Shown: piece by piece, positions 49,177 to 57,190 of the stretch
How positions within the stretch are numbered: position 1 is the stretch's first letter
Layout of the letters: each line of letters opens with the position of its first letter
NCBI GenBank assembly: GCA_002497765.1
Contig: DAET01000045.1
Coordinates: 36,326-99,925 of the forward strand
Length of the DNA stretch: 63,600 nucleotides
DNA from: Euryarchaeota archaeon UBA486
GTDB taxonomy: Archaea > Thermoplasmatota > Poseidoniia > Poseidoniales > Poseidoniaceae
Direction of reading: 5' to 3'
The notes under the pieces: generated by a model
Seen by the model: only the letters and a program-made list of their open reading frames with translations
Database searches by the model: none
What the model was told of the DNA's origin: nothing
Translations under genes and position numbers: made by a program

Positions 49177-50025
49177 TCACAATCGCTGGGCGACCAGCAG
49201 AAACGCCGTGTGGCCAAACGGACCGTTCACGGGCCGCATACCGCCTTTTGATGCGCGGCCCCATTCGCGTTCCATCAGCTCACCGGCCCATTCCACGGTC
49301 AAACCGGCTGCTTCACAGGCTTCCCACGCCCGCTCGAGTTGGGACGATACCGGACAATAGCAGGCCAAGCGGCCGCCAGGAAGCAGCAGTGCTGCGGATG
49401 CTTCAATGGCGGGGGGATGGTCGGGAAGGTCAAGGATGATGGCGTGAAACCCTTCGACGAGTTCGCCCGCCTCTGCAGCCCGCTCTTCTAACGTGCCCTC
49501 GAGGTGGTGATGCGCGGGATGTTGACTCCACGAAGCGCTGGCACGACGCAGGTTTTCCAGCGCCACATCAGCATGTTCTGCACGGGGTTCAACGGTCACG
49601 TGGACGCCGTCCTTTCCGAGGACACGCTGGATGTAGAGTGAAAGGCCACCGCTTCCGATGCCCGCTTCGAGCACCGCATCGTTGGGGCCAAGGCCGAGTT
49701 TGGTGAGGAAAAATCCGGCGTCCTTGCTGCCAATGGTTTGGGCGCGTCGAACCATGCCTTTGCTGAGTTCCGGAAGGCGAACAGGCATCCGTTTCAGTTC
49801 TTTTTGGCCGATGATGACGGACTGGCCGATGGTGATGTCGTGAAGTGTTTGGCGTGGGTTAAACACGCCGAGACCCTTGATCTTCTGTTGCTGATCAACC
49901 AGTTCAACGACGTAGGTTTTCCCGTTTTCCTCGATGAGGACAGCCCATTCTGTTGAGGTCACAACTACGCCCACTGGGCGCTTCCTGTTAAGGTTCTCCA
50001 CGCTGGTATTATCGCTGGACTGCAA
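49177..50025 (-). CDS. trmI: tRNA (adenine-N1)-methyltransferase (m1A57/58), TrmI/Gcd14 family
   Basis: 282 aa. N-terminal beta domain, then SAM motif I VLEAGIGSGGLSLYI, GKDGVHVTVEPRAEHADVALENL and AIILDLPDHP. The architecture is typical of archaeal TrmI. Confidence 0.8.
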   Translation of the reverse strand: MQSSDNTSVENLNRKRPVGVVVTSTEWAVLIEENGKTYVVELVDQQQKIKGLGVFNPRQTLHDITIGQSVIIGQKELKRMPVRLPELSKGMVRRAQTIGSKDAGFFLTKLGLGPNDAVLEAGIGSGGLSLYIQRVLGKDGVHVTVEPRAEHADVALENLRRASASWSQHPAHHHLEGTLEERAAEAGELVEGFHAIILDLPDHPPAIEASAALLLPGGRLACYCPVSSQLERAWEACEAAGLTVEWAGELMEREWGRASKGGMRPVNGPFGHTAFLLVAQRL

Positions 50026-50064
50026 GGACTTCGCAAGATGGTGGTTTAGACATCAGTCCGTTTG

Positions 50065-50074
50065 TTTCATATAC
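50065..50074 (+). promoter_or_regulatory. TATA-like box (TTTCATATAC) 22-31 nt upstream of the surface protein F ATG (leaderless arrangement)
   Basis: tttgTTTCATATACtctctgtttcgtgctattaacATG, in the 70-nt divergent trmI / protein F intergenic region, one of the few AT-rich patches in the window. Confidence 0.35.
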
Positions 50075-50095
50075 TCTCTGTTTCGTGCTATTAAC

Positions 50096-53000
50096 ATGAA
50101 CACCGCTGTGCGTAGCCTCGCCTTTGCCATCGTCGCCATCTTCCTCGGAAGCCTTGCTTCCGGAATGATGGGTGAACTCTACCAAACACCACTTGAACTC
50201 GAAGACGAGCCGGTGGTTCAACAGAACTCCCAAGCCACCAGTCCCGGGCACGTTGTCTTCGGTCAGTACATCTCCTCGGACAACTGCGGCCACTGCTCCA
50301 AGACGGGCGGTGGTTCGGATGCTCATCACTCCATCAAGCAGAACCACCCCGATGAGTATGTCTACGTCACCTACATGTCGGCCTCCTTCGGCCAAACCAA
50401 CACCGCTCGTGCCGGCAACGTCGCTCCTTACAACTGGGCGTGGACCACCGGCGGTGCACCGGACGCCTACTTCGGCGACCGAACCGACAAGCGCCAGAGC
50501 GGCGCCAACAGCCAGTACACCACCTACGATAGCCTGTTCTCAAGCGGCGGCGGCATGCACAGCACCGTCAACGATTACGGTATGTCGGCAGCGATCTCAC
50601 AAAACGGAGGCTCCTACGACATCAGCATCTCTTACAAGTACAAGGGCTCGGGAACCCCAGCCTCCAACATGAAACTCTATGCCGCCCTTGTGGACAAGGA
50701 CTGCACGGGTTATTCCTATTCCTCGGGTATCCCCCACGGCTACAACTGCTGGATGGCTTGGTTGACCACCGGTGATACCTACAAGTCGAAGAGCGGTGGC
50801 ACTGGAACCGCCTTCCACAGCGTTTCCGTTTCCTCAACTGAAGCCACAGAGTCGTGGACCTCTGTTCCCACCTCCGTCGTTCCTGGCGGCATCAACAAAG
50901 CCATTGTCGTTGCTGCTTTGATGAGCGGCAACCAAGTTTCCGTTGGCGGCAGCAGCCCCCACGTCTACCACGCCATCGACTCAACGATGGGCCCCAAGAT
51001 GGACATCGGTGTGTCGGGCATGATGGTCACCAACGACCAAGGCACCCCCTCCTACGTCCGTGGCGACACAGTGACACTGCAGGCGGATGTGAAGAACACC
51101 GGCGACTTGGACTACACCAACGGTGGCTCGCTCGAATTCTATTACAAGAACGGCGCCACCACCACGGCGATTGACACCGTTTCCATCCCGACCTTGAACG
51201 TGGCTCCTGGCTCTCCGTTCCTCACGGGCACGGCCACGTTCGACACCTCCAACTTGCCAAGCAACGTTTGGTCCACCAACTTCGGTGCTCGCCTCGTCGG
51301 CGTCACCGGCGACATGACCGGGAGCAACAACGTGGCTGAAATCGGTGTGGACCACGACCGTGTCCCGCTCGTGAAAACCCCGCAGGTGATCGGCTCTGAT
51401 GTCGTTCAGCGTGGGGACTATGTCACCGTTCTTGCCAAGGGTGATGCCAACGACAATGTCGACACCATCGACAGCATGAATTTCGAGGTTGAAGTTTCTG
51501 CTGCTGGTGCCAACCTGTGGGACGGAAGCATCGTCTCCGGCGGTAACATCCTCTACCGGGACACGGCCCAGGAAGGACGAGAATACATCGTCACGCCCAG
51601 CATGGCCATGAGCGCCGGTGACTACGACGTGCGCGTTCGCACCGTTGACAGCCGCGGCCAAACCAGCGACTGGACGGTCTCCGAAGACATGTTCGAACTG
51701 GCTAACGGTCGCCCCATCATCGTGGCTGATCCCGTGCCGACCGTCATGTGCGACTTGAGCACCAAGGTCAGCATGGACGGCCACGTGAGCGACCCGGAAA
51801 CGCCTTTGGGCGACCTCATCATCTCGTCGACCAGCGATAACTTCGTCGCATGGCACCCAGCCACCGAAGAAATCGAGGTTCTCTTCCCGTACGACAACGG
51901 TTGCCCGCTCGGCCAGAAGGGCATCGAAATCCGTGTGGATGACGGTGGCGACTACTCCGACAGCGGCGAACTTCCCTACGGTACGCTCCTGTTCAATGTC
52001 ATTGAGAACGGTCAGCCTCGCTGGGGCGGTCTGCCCATTCAGATGGTCGACGAAGGCAGCAGCGGCATCCTTTCCCTCGCCGAGTACCTCTCCGACACCG
52101 ACGACACCGGTCAACCCGTTGACATCTCGACGCTCTCGCTTCAGATCATGGACAATTCAAACCCCGAACTCGTCACCGTTGAGCTCCGAGGCAACACCCT
52201 CGGCTACGAAACGGTTGACGACGACGTCAACGGCGAAACGGTGGTCACCCTCCGTGCCAGCGACGGTGAGCAATACTCCGACCAAACGGTCACCATCCGC
52301 ATCAACCCCATCAACGACGCACCTCGCCTCGACATGACGGACATCGAGGAATTCTCCTTGAAGACGAACCGCCAGAAGGTCATCAACCTCAACAGCCGCT
52401 TGACGGACGTTGACAGCCCGCAGGGCACATACTGGGTCAACAACCCACAGTCGACCGAGACAGGCTCTGCTCGTTTGGTCACCGGGGACTTGATCTTGAA
52501 CTTCGAGGAAGTTGGCATCCACACAGTCACGATTTCCACGACCGACGGCTACGCCACGAACAGCTACGAAATCACCGTCAACGTCTTTGACGCCCTCCCA
52601 TTCTACATCTCGAAGATCGATGATGGCTCCGGCCACCTCTATGTTGACATGGTGAACTACACCTACGAGACCCAAACGCCAACCGCATCGTTTGCCTTGA
52701 CCGATGGTGCGCCATCCTTCACTGTCATCTCGGTGACCTGGTCCCTGTGCAACGAGTTGTCCGGTACCTGCGACGGTTTCTGGGAATACGATTTGGACAT
52801 GTCCCGATCCAGCACCGGCTGGATCCAAGAGATGAACATCCCATCTTCCTACGGTGATGGTGGCTTTGCTCGCACCAACGGTATGCGGGACATGGATTAC
52901 ATCGGCCTCACCGTCCGTGCCGTTGATGACCTCGGCCAGGAGTACAAGACCAGCGACACCACGAAGTGGATGACGACCGAGGAACTTCCAACGCCTACTG

Positions 53001-53590
53001 ACATGGAAGAGGAACTCCTTGACTGGCACGTGGCCAAACTCGTGGCTGAAATCGCCGAAGTTGAGGCACAATTGGCTGATGACGCCAACCAAGCGGACAA
53101 GGTGTCCCTCGAAGCACGGTTGGCTGAACTCAACACCGACTTTGACCTCGCCTGCGACGACCCACGTGCAGATTGCCCGACCGAAGAAGTCCAGAGCAAC
53201 GGCGCAGATGACGCTGAAGGCGGCCTCAACATGAACATCATCCTCATCGTGATTGGTGTCCTCATCGTGGCAGCCCTCCTTGGTTTGATGTTCATGCGTG
53301 GAGGCGGTGGCCAGCCCGAGGAAATGAAGTGGAACGCCGAAGCTCTTCCCATCCATGACACCGTGGCCAACTCCATGTACGGTGGCGCTGGTGAGATCTT
53401 CCAGCAACCCGTGGCGCCCGTGGCGCCCGCACCGGCTCCTGCCGTTGCACCGGTTCCTGTTGCCGCTCCTGCTCCCGTGGTGGCGCCTGCTGCTCCACCC
53501 TTGCCCCCCGGTGGCCTGCCCGCTGGCTGGACCATGGAACAGTGGAACTACTACGGTCAGCAATACCTTGACCAACTGAACCAACAGTGA
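50096..53590 (+). CDS. Type-I anchored surface protein F: signal anchor, thioredoxin-like domain with CGHC, CARDB- and cadherin-like domains, coiled coil, TM, Ala/Pro-rich tail with Trp/Tyr-rich C-terminus
   Basis: Track ORF 49934..53590 shortened to MNTAVRSLAFAIVAIFLGSLASG because the extension overlaps trmI. NCGHCSK is at 50282-50302. CARDB-like TVTLQADVKNTGDLDYTNGGSLEFYY. Cadherin-like boundary IRINPINDAPRL. Coiled coil EEELLDWHVAKLVAEIAEVEAQLADDANQADKVSLEARLAELN. TM IILIVIGVLIVAALLGLMFM. Tail ...PVAPVAPAPAPAVAPVPVAAPAPVVAPAAPPLPPGGLPAGWTMEQWNYYGQQYLDQLNQQ. Confidence 0.8.
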   Translation: MNTAVRSLAFAIVAIFLGSLASGMMGELYQTPLELEDEPVVQQNSQATSPGHVVFGQYISSDNCGHCSKTGGGSDAHHSIKQNHPDEYVYVTYMSASFGQTNTARAGNVAPYNWAWTTGGAPDAYFGDRTDKRQSGANSQYTTYDSLFSSGGGMHSTVNDYGMSAAISQNGGSYDISISYKYKGSGTPASNMKLYAALVDKDCTGYSYSSGIPHGYNCWMAWLTTGDTYKSKSGGTGTAFHSVSVSSTEATESWTSVPTSVVPGGINKAIVVAALMSGNQVSVGGSSPHVYHAIDSTMGPKMDIGVSGMMVTNDQGTPSYVRGDTVTLQADVKNTGDLDYTNGGSLEFYYKNGATTTAIDTVSIPTLNVAPGSPFLTGTATFDTSNLPSNVWSTNFGARLVGVTGDMTGSNNVAEIGVDHDRVPLVKTPQVIGSDVVQRGDYVTVLAKGDANDNVDTIDSMNFEVEVSAAGANLWDGSIVSGGNILYRDTAQEGREYIVTPSMAMSAGDYDVRVRTVDSRGQTSDWTVSEDMFELANGRPIIVADPVPTVMCDLSTKVSMDGHVSDPETPLGDLIISSTSDNFVAWHPATEEIEVLFPYDNGCPLGQKGIEIRVDDGGDYSDSGELPYGTLLFNVIENGQPRWGGLPIQMVDEGSSGILSLAEYLSDTDDTGQPVDISTLSLQIMDNSNPELVTVELRGNTLGYETVDDDVNGETVVTLRASDGEQYSDQTVTIRINPINDAPRLDMTDIEEFSLKTNRQKVINLNSRLTDVDSPQGTYWVNNPQSTETGSARLVTGDLILNFEEVGIHTVTISTTDGYATNSYEITVNVFDALPFYISKIDDGSGHLYVDMVNYTYETQTPTASFALTDGAPSFTVISVTWSLCNELSGTCDGFWEYDLDMSRSSTGWIQEMNIPSSYGDGGFARTNGMRDMDYIGLTVRAVDDLGQEYKTSDTTKWMTTEELPTPTDMEEELLDWHVAKLVAEIAEVEAQLADDANQADKVSLEARLAELNTDFDLACDDPRADCPTEEVQSNGADDAEGGLNMNIILIVIGVLIVAALLGLMFMRGGGGQPEEMKWNAEALPIHDTVANSMYGGAGEIFQQPVAPVAPAPAPAVAPVPVAAPAPVVAPAAPPLPPGGLPAGWTMEQWNYYGQQYLDQLNQQ

Positions 53591-53646
53591 TGGAGTCTTT
53601 TTGACCCCTCGCCGGATTTGTTCGAAAAGCATACCCCTAAAGGGGA

Positions 53647-55737
53647 GTGAGGAGAGGAAGTATCGTGGCCGAAGAAACCGTGACCCCTTCCGATGAAGCC
53701 CTTGATGAGGGCCAACCCGGTGTTGAGGAGGTTACCGATGTGGCCGAGGAACCCACCACCACGGTGTGGTCTCCCGAGCCCACAGGTGCGGATGAAGTTC
53801 TCAATCAATCGGTTGAGGATTGGATTGCCGAGGTCGCGTTTGAGTCCACCGCCGATGTTCCCATTCCCGACCGTCTGGTCGACCAGGTCATCGGACAGGA
53901 AGCCGGTTCTGTCGTCATCAAGAAGGCGGCCGAACAGCGACGCCACATGCTGATGATCGGCGACCCTGGAACGGGCAAGTCCATGCTTGCTCGGTCCATG
54001 ACCGACCTGCTTCCTAAGGACGCCCTCGAAGACGTGCTCGTCTATCCTAACGAGGATGACGAGAACGTGCCTCGGGTCCGTACCGTTCCCGCCGGTCGAG
54101 CCGAACGCATCGTCAAGGTACAGAAGGAGGCCATTCGCCAGCAGCGAGAGAAATCCCAGCGCATGTTGTTCATCGCGTTTGCCGCCATCGGTTTTCTCTT
54201 GCTCATTGCCGCCCTCCAGTCCGGTGATCTGTTCACCCTTCTCTTCGGTGGTTTCCTCCTCGTCTTCGGTTACATGTTCATTCGAAGTCGTCTCGGTGCC
54301 GTGGATGACAGCCGCATTCCTAAGGTGCTGGTGAAGCACGATCTCAACGAGCTGCCGCCCTTCGTGGACGCTACTGCTACGCTGTCTGGTTCACTGCTTG
54401 GCGACGTTCGCCACGATCCCTTCCAGTCAGGTGGCATGGAAACACCTGCCCACGACCGTGTTGAGCCCGGTGCCATCCACCGAGCCCACAAGGGTGTTCT
54501 CTACATCGACGAAATCAACCTGCTTCGCCTTGAGGAGCAACAAGCGCTGCTCACGGCCATGCAAGACCGTGCCTTCCCCATCTCAGGTCGGTCGGAGCGT
54601 TCCTCCGGTGCCCTGACCAAGACCGAGCCTGTGCCGTGTGATTTCATTCTCATCGCTGCAGGGAACCTCGACGCCATTCAAGGCATGCACCCCGCACTGC
54701 GAAGCCGTATCCGTGGGTACGGCTACGAGGTCTACGTGAACTCTGAGATGCCCGACACCTCTCGCAACCGCCGCCGACTCATTCGTTTCATCGCACAAGA
54801 GGTGCTGAGAGATCAAGACACGGTTCGTGAAATCCCTCACTTCGACAAGAGTGCCGTGGCCATCATCCTTCGAGAAGCACAACGCCGTGCTGGTCGCCGA
54901 GGCAAACTTTCCTTGCGCCTCCGTGAACTCGGTGGATTGGTTCGCATCGCTGGTGATCTGGCCGTGGAAGCCGGTGCTCCGTTGACATCTGCCGAACACG
55001 TGCTCGGTGCACGCAACATCGCCAAGCCACTTGAGCAGCAAGTCGCTGATCGCATGATCGAACGTCGCCAGGACTACGCCATGCTGGTCAACAGCGGTCA
55101 GCGCGTGGGCCGCGTGAACGGCCTGGCTGTGCTCGGTGCCAACTCCGGGCTTTCGGATTTCAGTGGCATCATGCTTCCCGTCGAAGCCCTCGTCACCCCG
55201 TCGCAAGGCGGTGGTGGAAAGATTCACGCCACCGGCGGCCTTTCCGATCTGGCCAAAGAAAGCGTGACCAACGTCAGCGCCGTCATCAAGAAACTCACGG
55301 GCAAGGACATCTCGGACTACGATATTCACATTCAGTTCGTGGACACCCACGGTGTTGACGGCGATTCAGCGTCCATCACCATCGCCACCGCTATCATCTC
55401 TGCGCTGGAAAACATCCCCATCCGCCAAGACCTTGCGATGACTGGTTCTCTTTCCGTGCGAGGCGAAGTGTTGCCCATCGGTGGTGTCACGGCCAAGATC
55501 GAGGCCGCTGCTCGTTCCGGCGTCAAGACCATCGTCGTGCCCAGGGCGAACATGCAGGACGTGCTCCTTGACGACCGCTTCGAGGACATGGTGGAGGTCG
55601 TCGCTGTTGACACGCTTGACGAAGTCATGCAGTATGCTCTTATCAAGCACGAACAAAAGGCAGGTCTCGTTGAGCGTCTTGAAGCCGTCATTGACCGCTT
55701 GACCCCTGAAGTTCAGAGCAAGATTTCACTGGTCTGA
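53647..55737 (+). CDS. lonB: Archaeal membrane-bound Lon protease (LonB)
   Basis: 696 aa (GTG start). Walker [15 protein letters not shown]. Two TM helices are inserted in the AAA+ module ([39 protein letters not shown]). Walker [11 protein letters not shown]. Protease Ser [19 protein letters not shown] and Lys [11 protein letters not shown]. Confidence 0.9.
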   Translation: MRRGSIVAEETVTPSDEALDEGQPGVEEVTDVAEEPTTTVWSPEPTGADEVLNQSVEDWIAEVAFESTADVPIPDRLVDQVIGQEAGSVVIKKAAEQRRHMLMIGDPGTGKSMLARSMTDLLPKDALEDVLVYPNEDDENVPRVRTVPAGRAERIVKVQKEAIRQQREKSQRMLFIAFAAIGFLLLIAALQSGDLFTLLFGGFLLVFGYMFIRSRLGAVDDSRIPKVLVKHDLNELPPFVDATATLSGSLLGDVRHDPFQSGGMETPAHDRVEPGAIHRAHKGVLYIDEINLLRLEEQQALLTAMQDRAFPISGRSERSSGALTKTEPVPCDFILIAAGNLDAIQGMHPALRSRIRGYGYEVYVNSEMPDTSRNRRRLIRFIAQEVLRDQDTVREIPHFDKSAVAIILREAQRRAGRRGKLSLRLRELGGLVRIAGDLAVEAGAPLTSAEHVLGARNIAKPLEQQVADRMIERRQDYAMLVNSGQRVGRVNGLAVLGANSGLSDFSGIMLPVEALVTPSQGGGGKIHATGGLSDLAKESVTNVSAVIKKLTGKDISDYDIHIQFVDTHGVDGDSASITIATAIISALENIPIRQDLAMTGSLSVRGEVLPIGGVTAKIEAAARSGVKTIVVPRANMQDVLLDDRFEDMVEVVAVDTLDEVMQYALIKHEQKAGLVERLEAVIDRLTPEVQSKISLV

Positions 55738-55771
55738 GAAACACCTCTCCCTGCGGGATTATTGGGGTCGC

Positions 55772-55780
55772 TTACTAATA
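55772..55780 (+). promoter_or_regulatory. TATA-like box (TTACTAATA) 24-32 nt upstream of the MFS transporter ATG
   Basis: ggtcgcTTACTAATAccatccgggccttggaacgaacaATG. Same spacing as the other candidate leaderless promoters in this window. Confidence 0.35.
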
Positions 55781-55803
55781 CCATCCGGGCCTTGGAACGA
55801 ACA

Positions 55804-57165
55804 ATGTCCGATGCAAATCATCGCGATGCGGGGAAGGGTGCCTTGGTGGTGCTGTTCCTTGTCACGATGATCGATATGATCGGTTTTGGCATCATCATTC
55901 CCTTCCTCACCTATCTCGTTCAAGACCTTGCAGCCGAGCAAGGCGTCGCTCGAATCGGGTTGTGGGTCGGCCTTCTGATGACGGGCTATTCCTTTGGTCA
56001 GTTCCTGTTCTCACCGATCTGGGGCTCGCTTTCTGACCGCATCGGACGACGTCCTGTGCTGATGATCGGCTTGGTGGGCAACACGGTGTTCTTCACCGCC
56101 TTCGGACTCTCCTCAACCTTGCTTTTTGCCCTCGCCATGCGATTCCTCGCAGGGGTGTCCAACGGCAACATCGCCGTTGCACGTGCCTACATTGGGGATG
56201 TGAGCACCCCCAAGCAGCTCGCCACTCGAATGGGGCTCATCGGAGCAGCCTTTGGTTTGGGCTTCACCATTGGACCGTTCATCGGCGGCGAATTCTCCAG
56301 CCCGGCTGACCGTTGGGGTGTCTTTGCCGATACCGTGTTCGAGACCTTCCCCTACCTGTTGCCGTGCGTCATCGCCAGTGTTCTTTCCACCGGCTCCTTG
56401 GTGCTGGCGTACTTCAAACTGCCAGAATCCATTGATGTTGAAGCAGCACAACCCACAGAGAGCGTTTCGTGGGGTCGCCAGTTCATTGACATGACCCGTA
56501 ATTCCGTGGCGATGTTGGGTAAACCCGGCATTGGTGCCATGATTTGGGTGGCCACACTGTTCATTCTCGGATTCACCATCATGCACTCGGTGTTCATTCT
56601 CTACACGGAGATGGACGCTGCATCAGGAGGTCTCGGTTTCTCCGAACAAGACAACGGCCGCATGTTTGCCATGATCGGTTTGTTGGGCATCTTCACCCAA
56701 GGTGCACTGATCGGTCCGCTCACCCGGCGATTTGGAACCCGTCGCTTGATTCCGATGTCCATTCTCCTCACCGGTCTTGGCTTGACCTTGATTCCCTACA
56801 CGCAGGCCAGCATGGCATGGCTCCAACTGTTCTTTGTCGTCACCTGCATCGCCATCGGTAACGGGGTGTTCCAACCGTCCACGAGCACCTACCTCACGCG
56901 ACTGGCAAGGAAAGACGGATACGATTTGGGTGTCGTGATGGGCGCTCAAGAGTCCCTGAGTGCGTTTGCGAGAATCTTTGGTCCCCTCGGGGGCGGTATC
57001 GTTTGGGAATTGACCGTGGGTCGTGAATTTCCTTGGGACTACCATACGGTCTTCCACGTGTGCGGTTTGTTGATGGTGATCTCTGCCGTGCTGACCCTCC
57101 GTATCCCTCGCTTGCCAGAGATTAACGAGGCGGAATCCATGCCATCTGCCCCTGAGATGAATTGA
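55804..57165 (+). CDS. MFS transporter
   Basis: Start moved to the first ATG (MSDANHRDAG). 12 TM helices, with MFS motif A between TM2/3: GSLSDRIGRRPVLMIGL. Confidence 0.85.
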   Translation: MSDANHRDAGKGALVVLFLVTMIDMIGFGIIIPFLTYLVQDLAAEQGVARIGLWVGLLMTGYSFGQFLFSPIWGSLSDRIGRRPVLMIGLVGNTVFFTAFGLSSTLLFALAMRFLAGVSNGNIAVARAYIGDVSTPKQLATRMGLIGAAFGLGFTIGPFIGGEFSSPADRWGVFADTVFETFPYLLPCVIASVLSTGSLVLAYFKLPESIDVEAAQPTESVSWGRQFIDMTRNSVAMLGKPGIGAMIWVATLFILGFTIMHSVFILYTEMDAASGGLGFSEQDNGRMFAMIGLLGIFTQGALIGPLTRRFGTRRLIPMSILLTGLGLTLIPYTQASMAWLQLFFVVTCIAIGNGVFQPSTSTYLTRLARKDGYDLGVVMGAQESLSAFARIFGPLGGGIVWELTVGREFPWDYHTVFHVCGLLMVISAVLTLRIPRLPEINEAESMPSAPEMN

Positions 57166-57190
57166 AGACCCCACCGGTGGTCGCCCATTT

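Noticed and set aside
49934-50095. 54-codon N-terminal extension of surface protein F
   Set aside because: It overlaps the trmI coding region on the opposite strand. The internal ATG at 50096 gives a proper signal anchor and has a TATA box at the leaderless distance.
50981-53632. 377-aa (50981..52114) and 491-aa (52157..53632) minus-strand ORFs opposite surface protein F
   Set aside because: They are antisense artefacts. The + frame has a signal peptide, CARDB/cadherin-like motifs, a TM and a tail consistent with the neighbouring paralogous architecture.
53647-55737. Lon protease as part of a defence or toxin-antitoxin-like module next to the surface proteins
   Set aside because: The architecture (TM helices inserted in the AAA+ domain, Ser-Lys dyad) is that of the housekeeping archaeal LonB. 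No adjacent partner genes typical of defence systems are present.
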